From assembly GCA_038041305.1 (NCBI GenBank), contig JBBTGV010000033.1, positions 1 to 54,525 of the forward strand: a stretch of 54,525 nucleotides of DNA, in the 5' to 3' direction. The stretch comes from Deltaproteobacteria bacterium (GTDB lineage: Bacteria > Desulfobacterota > GWC2-55-46). The notes under the pieces were generated by a model, which saw nothing but the letters and a program-made list of their open reading frames with translations, had not been told where the DNA came from and searched no databases. Both the position numbers and the translations under genes were made by a program. Below are positions 27,090 through 33,937 of the stretch, one piece after another (position 1 is the first letter of the stretch; each line of letters opens with the position of its first letter).

Positions 27090-28522
27090 GCCGCCTCCCC
27101 CGGGGGTTCTGCCAAGGCCTTGCGCCTTAACAGCGAGAGCCCGGCATTGGCGACGAACATCGCCCCGCCTATTATGGCCACGAGGCCGCCGAGCCCGAAA
27201 ACGGCCATGCTCAGGAGCTTGATCGGGTCGTCAAGGTTCTGCGCCGCCCCGAAGGTCTTTCTCGCCACCCCGTGCGAGCCCGCCCAGAACATCCCGAGCA
27301 CGAAAAGCGTTTGCCCTATGCCGAACACGTACGGCTGAATGGAGGCCGCCTTCTCGGAGTAAAGGGTTCCCTTTAGGTTCCGGATTAGATGATACGCCAT
27401 GCCCATGAACGCCGCCGTCACGCCGCCGATTGCGCCGTGGTAATGCGAAGGTATCTTGGTGTTGTATCCGTGTATGAACATTGACATGAGGCCCCCGAGC
27501 GCAAAAAGGACAATAGACATCGCAAGGGATGCAAACTCCGGGCTTCGCCACGGGAGTTTTTTAATCCCTTCATAAAGGCCGCTTGTCCTGCCCGGCGAGG
27601 CGGACGCTACGACAACGGCCGCGAATATCACCGTGGAAGGCCCAAGGCCGAACTGCATGAGCCTTGTGAAGACCGTCCTGTAGCCCATGGTGTCCACGTC
27701 GTAGAACAGGTATGCAAACGGCGCAAAGGCTACGCTTGCCAGATACAGGCCGAAGACGGGTCTGCCAAGGGCCGCCTGTATGGAGATCTTCTTAAACAGG
27801 ACATCCGCGAGATAAAGCCATACAGAGGCCATTGCCATTGTGTTCGCGAACTGGAGCATGTGCCCGCCGCCCCAGAAAAGCGTCTCAAGGTCCGCTGTCC
27901 CTATCCCCGCGCCTGAGGAGGTCTTAAAATAGAAAGACAGCGCAAAACACATAAAGGCCACGAAGACCGCAATACTTGACGCAATCATACCGAACCTCAC
28001 AAGGGCCGTTGAACCGCGGTATCCGTTCCCTTTGATCCCGTAAAAAACCGTTAAAAAGACATTTGCGAGCAGTATAAGCATTCCCGCGGCAAGCAGCAGG
28101 AGCCCCGCGTAAAAGGCCGGATGGTTCAGCACCGGCACATAATTGATGAAAAGCGGAGTTCCGAGCCCCAAGAGGGATGCGGCTATTATGACGGCCGTGC
28201 CGCAGACCGACGCGGCGAGGCCCGCCCATCCGAGGATTGGGCTAAAGACCCCTGTTGAGAGGAAGTCCGTGCTCCCCAACAGCCACAGCGCGCCCTCAAA
28301 GGCAAGAAACCATATCACAAAGGCGAGATTGACGTGCGCAACGAGCGCAACGCGCACATAATCGGTTGAAGGGAATATGGACTGGATGAAAGGGGTGCGC
28401 GCCATTGCCACGAGGAATGCGAATACGCCCGCAAATATGAGAGAAACGACCGCGAAAAGCACAAGGCCGTAGAAAAGTCTTTTGCTGTGTTTGTTTTCGG
28501 ACAGACCTTTTATGTTATTCAT
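27086..28522 (-). CDS. haem-copper oxidase subunit-I-like paralogue lacking the helix-VII CuB histidine pair
   Basis: About 12 TM. Helix II His (VALVAHVNL), helix VI LFWGGGHMLQF (compare FWFFGHPEVY), and helix X HGYNTKIPSHYHGAIGG (compare HNT...GHFH). Where the neighbouring paralogue has SEHHLLVDP, this protein has TRLMQFGLGP. Confidence 0.7.
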   Translation of the reverse strand: MNNIKGLSENKHSKRLFYGLVLFAVVSLIFAGVFAFLVAMARTPFIQSIFPSTDYVRVALVAHVNLAFVIWFLAFEGALWLLGSTDFLSTGVFSPILGWAGLAASVCGTAVIIAASLLGLGTPLFINYVPVLNHPAFYAGLLLLAAGMLILLANVFLTVFYGIKGNGYRGSTALVRFGMIASSIAVFVAFMCFALSFYFKTSSGAGIGTADLETLFWGGGHMLQFANTMAMASVWLYLADVLFKKISIQAALGRPVFGLYLASVAFAPFAYLFYDVDTMGYRTVFTRLMQFGLGPSTVIFAAVVVASASPGRTSGLYEGIKKLPWRSPEFASLAMSIVLFALGGLMSMFIHGYNTKIPSHYHGAIGGVTAAFMGMAYHLIRNLKGTLYSEKAASIQPYVFGIGQTLFVLGMFWAGSHGVARKTFGAAQNLDDPIKLLSMAVFGLGGLVAIIGGAMFVANAGLSLLRRKALAEPPGEAA

Positions 28523-28584
28523 GTCGGATCCCCGGCGGTCCGGGCGCAGGGTTTAACCCTGCGCGCCGCCATAATGCCCGCCCC

Positions 28585-28719
28585 TTAATGGAGCTCCCAG
28601 ATTGTTGAGAGGTACTTAAAGTTCAGAAAATAAACCGCTATGAAGGTGATTAGGAATATGAGCGCAAGCACGAATGTGCCGGGCGCTACGAACCTTCCGT
28701 TGCCGTGTTCGTCTGACAT
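28585..28719 (-). CDS. small single-TM protein (44 aa), possible oxidase subunit IIa-like peptide
   Basis: Below the ORF-track size cutoff. ATG at 28719 is preceded by GGGAGG 9 nt upstream. Translation MSDEHGNGRFVAPGTFVLALIFLITFIAVYFLNFKYLSTIWELH. Fills the gap between the two subunit-I-like genes. Confidence 0.55.
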   Translation of the reverse strand: MSDEHGNGRFVAPGTFVLALIFLITFIAVYFLNFKYLSTIWELH

Positions 28720-28753
28720 TGGACTATGCCTCCCTTTTTTGCCTGTAAGATGG

Positions 28754-30268
28754 CTATGCGAGTTTTTTGCCGTACATTACGGTTCCAAGCGTTACGACCA
28801 CGTACGCGATGCCGCCGAGCGCCGCGAGTATCGCCCCTATGCCGAACACCCCTATCCACATGTAGACGGTCGGGTCCCACGAGAAGGCGAACGGAGAGCC
28901 GCCGAAGTTGACGATGTCCCAGTGCCTCCTCGGGACGCCGTATGCGCCGGCAAGCATCATGCCTCCGCTTACAAGCGTAATGCCGACGCCGAAGAGCCAC
29001 GGCTGTATCTTGGCGAGCTTCATTGCCCAGACCTCCCTCCTGAATATCAAGGGGAGTATGTAGTAGGTGACGGCCATGAAGGCCATGGTGGTGCCTCCCA
29101 CGACCGTTCCGTGGAAGTGCCCCGTGATCCTCCATGTGTTGTGGGCGGTGATGTTGATCTGCTCTGTGCCGAATGTCACGCCCGTGATGCCGCCCAGGAA
29201 CCCGAACATGAATATGGAGAGTATCGCCCCTGAAAAGGCGGGGTTGCCCCACGGCGCCATCTTGAACCACTCAAACAGGCCCTTTGTGTAGCCCTGCTTC
29301 CTGAGCGCCACCTCCATGCCCGCGGGCACCGCGAGGGCGTGTATCATGCTGGCAAGCACCGCCAGATGCATGATGTAGCCCGTGTTCCATATCTTGTGCG
29401 CGTTGGAGAATACCGGGTCAACGAGCAAGTGGTGCTCGGAGGCGACGTTTATAAAGAGTATGTAGAGCACGAAGGCCGTCCTGCAGAGCTTCTCGTTTAT
29501 GGGCTTCATGCCGACCGAGAGCGCCCCGATGAGGTACCATATTGAGATCATGGCGCAGACGTTAATCTGCTGGGATGCATGTCCGAGCGCCCACCATACG
29601 AGCCTGTAAGCCGAGGGGTCCATGCCCGTAAGCCCGAGCGACCAAAGGAGCGTCGGGATATAGATGCCGGCCCCGTGCAGGAGCGTCGTCGTTGCGATAG
29701 CGGCCGCCGCGAAAAGCCCGAATGTCACGAGCGGGAAGCTCTGGGCCGTATAGGTCTTTTCCTTTCTTGCCTTGTAGAGCGTGGCGAAGAAGAGAAAAAC
29801 GCCGATAAGCGCGCCCACGGCGAAAAGTATTATGCCGGTGTAATAGAACGGGTGGGCCATCAGCGGCGGATACGACGTAAAGAGCACGTCCGCCTTGCCC
29901 GAAAGCACCATTATGTTCGTAAGCACGGCCCCGCCGAGCATGAGGAAGTAAGATATCCACCCGACGGTAGGCGCCGCGAGCCTTGAGTTCAGGAGCACCG
30001 CGCTTCCTATGTAGAGGGCGGCCACCTCAAAGAATATTACCCATACGATAAGCATGTCAAGGCCGTGAGCCGTCAGGACCCTGTAGAACCACTCGGCCGG
30101 CAGTATGTGGAACGCGGGCCAGCGTGTGAACGCGGCGCCGAGGGCGGCAAGCCCGCCTATTGCTATGAATATGACCGCCGTGATAGTATTTGCCTTTATG
30201 AGCTTTTCCGCCGGCAGATGCACCTTAAGGCCGGTAACGGAACAAGTCCTGAATTCCTGCTCGTTCAT
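28754..30268 (-). CDS. haem-copper oxidoreductase subunit I, B-family-like, without the cross-linked tyrosine (NOR-like active site)
   Basis: Helix II YRVLTAHGLDML. Helix VI WWALGHASQQINV (Gln where A/B-family oxidases have Tyr). Helix VII SEHHLLVDP. Helix X AHNTWRITGHFHGTVVGG. Confidence 0.85.
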   Translation of the reverse strand: MNEQEFRTCSVTGLKVHLPAEKLIKANTITAVIFIAIGGLAALGAAFTRWPAFHILPAEWFYRVLTAHGLDMLIVWVIFFEVAALYIGSAVLLNSRLAAPTVGWISYFLMLGGAVLTNIMVLSGKADVLFTSYPPLMAHPFYYTGIILFAVGALIGVFLFFATLYKARKEKTYTAQSFPLVTFGLFAAAAIATTTLLHGAGIYIPTLLWSLGLTGMDPSAYRLVWWALGHASQQINVCAMISIWYLIGALSVGMKPINEKLCRTAFVLYILFINVASEHHLLVDPVFSNAHKIWNTGYIMHLAVLASMIHALAVPAGMEVALRKQGYTKGLFEWFKMAPWGNPAFSGAILSIFMFGFLGGITGVTFGTEQINITAHNTWRITGHFHGTVVGGTTMAFMAVTYYILPLIFRREVWAMKLAKIQPWLFGVGITLVSGGMMLAGAYGVPRRHWDIVNFGGSPFAFSWDPTVYMWIGVFGIGAILAALGGIAYVVVTLGTVMYGKKLA

Positions 30269-30277
30269 TGTTGCCTC

Positions 30278-30823
30278 CTATTTGACTATCAATTTCCCGA
30301 CCATGGTGTGGTGCCCAAGGCCGCAGTATTCGTTGCAGAGTATTGAAAACTCCCCGCTTGTGGTCGGCTTTATGGTCAGCACGTAGTCCTGTCCGGGTAT
30401 TGCCATAAAGTTGATGTTCATCGGATATATTGAAAACCCGTGCTGAAAATCCAGGGATGAAAGATGCAGCCTGTAAGTCTTGTTCTTTTCAAGCTCAAGT
30501 ATTGGGTCAAAGTTCCACGCCTTCGCGACAAGGAAGATGTCGGAGCCCGCCGGCGGATGCACGACCGCGAACCCGTTTATGGAGACCGGGGCGTTGTTTT
30601 CGTCCCGGACCTGATATTTGCTTATGAACTCATCGGCCAGCGCGCTGAAGCGTTCAGGCGTCACCTTGTAGGATTCCGAGGAAGGGTTCTGCTTTCCCAT
30701 CACATGCCATAAGGGCATCATGGAGAAGGTGAAGATCATCCATACGAGCGCAAGGATGAGCCAGATCTTTTCCTCCCTGTCTATCGGTTTCCACCAGACC
30801 CTTTCCGGTGCGGTTAAACTCAT
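30278..30823 (-). CDS. haem-copper oxidase subunit II, single-TM cupredoxin with complete CuA site
   Basis: DFQHGFSI ... FSILCNEYCGLGHHTMVGKLIV provides all CuA ligands (H, C, C, H, M). The size and single TM resemble ba3-type subunit II. Confidence 0.85.
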   Translation of the reverse strand: MSLTAPERVWWKPIDREEKIWLILALVWMIFTFSMMPLWHVMGKQNPSSESYKVTPERFSALADEFISKYQVRDENNAPVSINGFAVVHPPAGSDIFLVAKAWNFDPILELEKNKTYRLHLSSLDFQHGFSIYPMNINFMAIPGQDYVLTIKPTTSGEFSILCNEYCGLGHHTMVGKLIVK

Positions 30824-30850
30824 AATGTCATCTCCTTCATTCGTTCTTTT

Positions 30851-30997
30851 TTAAGGTAATGTAGGCTGAGACCAGACTTCCCAGAGCCCCCAGAGCGTAT
30901 AGGAAACAACGGTAATCGCAAGCCCGAGGATAAAAAGGAGCGGAAGATTATCGTAAAATCTCTGCCCCGAAGGCACCTTCCCGCTGCTGTCTTCCAT
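30851..30997 (-). CDS. small single-TM protein (48 aa) at the head of the oxidase operon
   Basis: Below the ORF-track cutoff. ATG 30997 with a GGGGGA SD-like element upstream. Translation MEDSSGKVPSGQRFYDNLPLLFILGLAITVVSYTLWGLWEVWSQPTLP. Its stop lies 27 nt before the subunit II start. Confidence 0.5.
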   Translation of the reverse strand: MEDSSGKVPSGQRFYDNLPLLFILGLAITVVSYTLWGLWEVWSQPTLP

Positions 30998-31123
30998 AAC
31001 CGATTCCCCCTTTCCTTGTTTTCGTAAAGCATAAACTCAAAGGCCAAAGGTGTATATGATAAAAGTCAGAAAATGCTTTTTTAAGGCGACTGTCGCCGGA
31101 AAGCGCGTGCAAGGCGGAATAAA

Positions 31124-31137
31124 CTGATTTTTATCAT
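31124..31137. promoter_or_regulatory. candidate FNR/DNR(CRP-family) box
   Basis: CTGATTTTTATCAT compared with TTGAT-N4-ATCAA: both TGAT/ATCA cores are present with a 4-nt spacer. Located in the divergent region between the oxidase operon and the hemerythrin gene. Confidence 0.35.
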
Positions 31138-31200
31138 TCTTTTTATTGTCTTATTCGTGCAGAATGTTTATATTGAAAAACATTGGAGGAAAAATCACAC

Positions 31201-31896
31201 ATGGAGAATGTTATGTTTATGGAAAAAACGCTGGACGTAAGGGGAATGGAGCCGAGGCTCAGGCACCCGAAGATATTTGAGACCTTCAGGGCATTGGCGC
31301 CCGGGGAATCCTTTGTGCTCATAAACGACCATGAGCCGAGGCCGCTTCTTTACCAGTTCCAGGCTGAGCACGACGGCGAGTTTGAGTGGTGGCCCCTTGA
31401 GCAGGGTCCTGTTGACTGGAGGGTTTCAATAGGAAAAAGAAAGGTTAGGGATTTGGACAGGACCATCACCGACTACATGCAGACGGACCACAGGCGGCTG
31501 GATGCCCTATACGGCGCATTTCAGGAGAAATACAAACAGGGCGACTGGGCCGGCGCGGACGCGCTCTTCAGGGAATTCAGCCTCGGCTTAAGAAGGCACA
31601 TAAAGGTTGAGGAGGAGATACTTTTTCCCGTGTTTGAGGAAAAAACAGGCATGAAGGACGCGGGCCCGACCTTCGTGATGCGCATGGAGCACGGCGAGAT
31701 AAAGGAGCTTCTTGACGGCATCCTTGCGGGCATCGGCAGGAAGGACGAGGCGGGCGTAAAGAACTCGGAATACAACCTCGCGAACATACTCGCTGACCAC
31801 AACATGAAGGAAGAGCACATACTCTATCCCGAATCCGACGCGTTTATAGCCGGCAGGGAGCGCGCGGACGTCATAAAAAAATCTCAGGCCGCTTAA
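31201..31896 (+). CDS. DUF2249 + hemerythrin-like (HHE cation-binding) domain protein
   Basis: N-terminal LDVRGMEPRLRHPKIFETF...FVLINDHEPRPL (DUF2249-like). C-terminal DHRRLD..., HIKVEEEILFPVFEE, MEHGEIKELL and DHNMKEEHILYP (di-iron hemerythrin ligand pattern). SD GGAGGA lies 10 nt before ATG 31201. Confidence 0.8.
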   Translation: MENVMFMEKTLDVRGMEPRLRHPKIFETFRALAPGESFVLINDHEPRPLLYQFQAEHDGEFEWWPLEQGPVDWRVSIGKRKVRDLDRTITDYMQTDHRRLDALYGAFQEKYKQGDWAGADALFREFSLGLRRHIKVEEEILFPVFEEKTGMKDAGPTFVMRMEHGEIKELLDGILAGIGRKDEAGVKNSEYNLANILADHNMKEEHILYPESDAFIAGRERADVIKKSQAA

Positions 31897-31931
31897 ACCC
31901 AAGACGCTTTTTCCACGACGCGATAAAGGCG

Positions 31932-31965
31932 AAAAAAAAGGGGGCTTTTTAAAAGCCCCCTTTTT
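31932..31965. terminator. bidirectional rho-independent terminator
   Basis: Palindrome GGGGGCTTTT-T-AAAAGCCCCC (31940-31960), flanked by an A-run (31932-31939) and a T-run (31961-31965). Confidence 0.7.
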
Positions 31966-31986
31966 GTATTCAGCGGCTGTTCTTTT

Positions 31987-32097
31987 TTATGCGAAAAAGC
32001 CCTGGGGCAGCAATGCCGCGCCGCCGAGCATCGCAATCGTAAAGATTGCCGCAACAGCAACGTATACGGCGTTTGCGATCCTTATCTCGTTATACAT
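31987..32097 (-). CDS. small hydrophobic protein (36 aa)
   Basis: Below the ORF-track cutoff. AAGGAGGTG SD lies 6 nt upstream of ATG 32097. Translation MYNEIRIANAVYVAVAAIFTIAMLGGAALLPQGFFA. Followed by the bidirectional terminator. Confidence 0.5.
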   Translation of the reverse strand: MYNEIRIANAVYVAVAAIFTIAMLGGAALLPQGFFA

Positions 32098-32298
32098 GTT
32101 GTTCACCTCCTTAAGATTATCAAGACACCCTGACGGCAGGTTTTGTCTTTTAGTTAATTACCATTATACTGACCGGACATTAAAGGGGTGTTAAGGCTTA
32201 AGAAGAGGCCAAGAGATTTTTAAGGAGGGCGCCGATGAATGGAAGATGCCAGCTTTCCCGGCATCTCAGCCGAGGGTCTACGGCGGACAAGGGCAAAC

Positions 32299-32838
32299 CT
32301 ATCTCTGGTAAAGCCCGGTATACCGCGCCTCTGCGAGCACATGGCCTTTTTCAGCCCTTTGGACTTCCTTGAGGCTCACGCCTTCCGGAAGGCCGAGTTC
32401 CGCCACGTCAAGGGCCTTGAGTATGAAGATGTATCTGTGGCGTCCGTGTCCCCTCGGAGGGCACGGACCGCCGTAGCCTTTTTTGCCGAAGTCGTTTACG
32501 CCCTGCTTAAAGGAGCTTGCTGTTTTGTTTCCCGCGCCGCGCTCAATCCGCGCCGTCTTTGAAGGGATATCGTAAGCGACCCAGTGGATAAAGGTGCCCA
32601 TGGGCGCGTCAGGGTCTTCAACAACGAGGGTAAAGCCTAACGTGCCTTGCGGGGCATTGCCCCAGAGGACCTCGGGGGACAGGTCCGCGCCGTCGCATGT
32701 GAATTTTTTCGGTATGACATCGTTGTCCTTGAAGTCAGGGCTCTTGATTGAAATATCCATCGCGTCTCCTCCTTTTGCGCCTAATGGAAAGGCAAAAAAC
32801 AATCCGAGCGCTATGATAAAAGCATAAGCCGCCCTCAT
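32299..32838 (-). CDS. YbhB/YbcL (PEBP, Raf-kinase-inhibitor-like) family protein, secreted
   Basis: FTCDGADLSPEVLW, LVVEDPDAPMGTFIHWVAYDIP, GYGGPCPPRGHGRHRYIFILKALD. Start at ATG 32838 (signal peptide MRAAYAFIIALGLFFAFPLGA) with GGAGGG immediately upstream. Confidence 0.85.
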   Translation of the reverse strand: MRAAYAFIIALGLFFAFPLGAKGGDAMDISIKSPDFKDNDVIPKKFTCDGADLSPEVLWGNAPQGTLGFTLVVEDPDAPMGTFIHWVAYDIPSKTARIERGAGNKTASSFKQGVNDFGKKGYGGPCPPRGHGRHRYIFILKALDVAELGLPEGVSLKEVQRAEKGHVLAEARYTGLYQR

Positions 32839-32993
32839 TCTCCCTCCGTTTGCCTCTATGCCGTATATGGGCATATTCTACATCAAAAAACGATTTTGGC
32901 AAGTTTGCCTTGCAAAATTAAGGATCAGCACTTATACTTTTTGTGTTCGCCGGTCACCCGATTAAAAGGTTTAAGACAAGGGAAAATGAGCTG

Positions 32994-33878
32994 ATGAAGG
33001 TTCGTTTTATCATAGGCCCCGGCCCAAGGCAGAAGCGGTTCGCTGAAAAGGTAACGGATGCCGTGCGCGAGCGCCTTGAGGCGGAGTCCGGGATATTTGA
33101 GGTAAAATCGGCAATGTCAAAGGCCCATGCCGGGGACCTCTCTATGGAGGCCGTAAAGAGAGGCTTTGAGGCGGTATTCGCGTGCGGGGACGCTGTTACG
33201 GTCAACAGGGCCGCCGCGCCCCTCGTGGACACCCCGGCCGCGCTCGGCATCGTAAGCAGGGGCAGCTCGGCGGGCCTTGCGCTCTCGCTCGGCATCCCGC
33301 TTGATATTGACGGCGCCGTGGGGCTTTTAAGGAAATGGAAGATACGGCCCATGGACGTCGGCGTCGTGTGCGGCAGGTATTTTCTGTCAACGGCGGAGTG
33401 CGCGGTTGACGCGCTCATGAGCAAAAGGCGCGCCGCCGGGTTTCTGAAAAACATAAGCCCCACGGCCGCGCAGGGCCTGCCCCTGCTTGTATGGGAGTAT
33501 CTGCGCCATAAGCCGAGGGAGGTTTTCATAAAGACCTCTTCATACGCGAAAAACATAACCCCGCTTTTTCTCGTGGCCGCGAACACGGACAGGGGCGCAA
33601 ACTCTTTTGTCTCGGCCCCGGAGGCCGCCCCTGACGACGGCGCGCTTGACGTGTGCTATGTGCCCGACAAGGGCCTGTCCGGGGCGACGGCCGCGATAAA
33701 AAAACTCATCTCAGGCAAGGTCAACGGCGCAACCGGGTTTGAGCGCGTACGCACGGATAAGATGGAGATAATCGCAAAAGGCACCACAACCGTATTCGCG
33801 GACGGAGAGGCCTTTGAATGCCCGGGCACGATAACCCTCGGCATTCTCCCGAAAAAACTCAATGTCTTTGTCTCTTAA
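32994..33878 (+). CDS. diacylglycerol/lipid kinase-like protein (YegS/BmrU fold) with degenerate GGDGT motif
   Basis: The overall DAGK_cat layout is present, but the nucleotide-binding GGDGT reads CGDAV (VFACGDAVTVNRAA). Start chosen at ATG 32994 (MKVRFIIGPG). Confidence 0.65.
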   Translation: MKVRFIIGPGPRQKRFAEKVTDAVRERLEAESGIFEVKSAMSKAHAGDLSMEAVKRGFEAVFACGDAVTVNRAAAPLVDTPAALGIVSRGSSAGLALSLGIPLDIDGAVGLLRKWKIRPMDVGVVCGRYFLSTAECAVDALMSKRRAAGFLKNISPTAAQGLPLLVWEYLRHKPREVFIKTSSYAKNITPLFLVAANTDRGANSFVSAPEAAPDDGALDVCYVPDKGLSGATAAIKKLISGKVNGATGFERVRTDKMEIIAKGTTTVFADGEAFECPGTITLGILPKKLNVFVS

Positions 33879-33937
33879 GGCGTTCGTTTAACGACAAGGG
33901 AAATACCCCAGCCGTGCTCTTAAGAAGAGGCGTTTAA

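Noticed and set aside
28640-29270. Overlapping 190-aa-class ORFs on both strands inside the subunit-I gene; similar shadow ORFs occur at 6053-6772, 22450-23148, 33934-34488, 37287-37991 and 52394-53122
   Set aside because: They are Arg/His/Pro-rich or Ser-rich low-complexity translations. They are antisense or out of frame to genes with clear family motifs, as is typical for shadow ORFs in biased-composition DNA.
30820-31047. 75-aa ORF upstream of subunit II
   Set aside because: It is basic and low in complexity, and it overlaps the subunit II start. A different frame holds a better small TM ORF with an SD (30851-30997).
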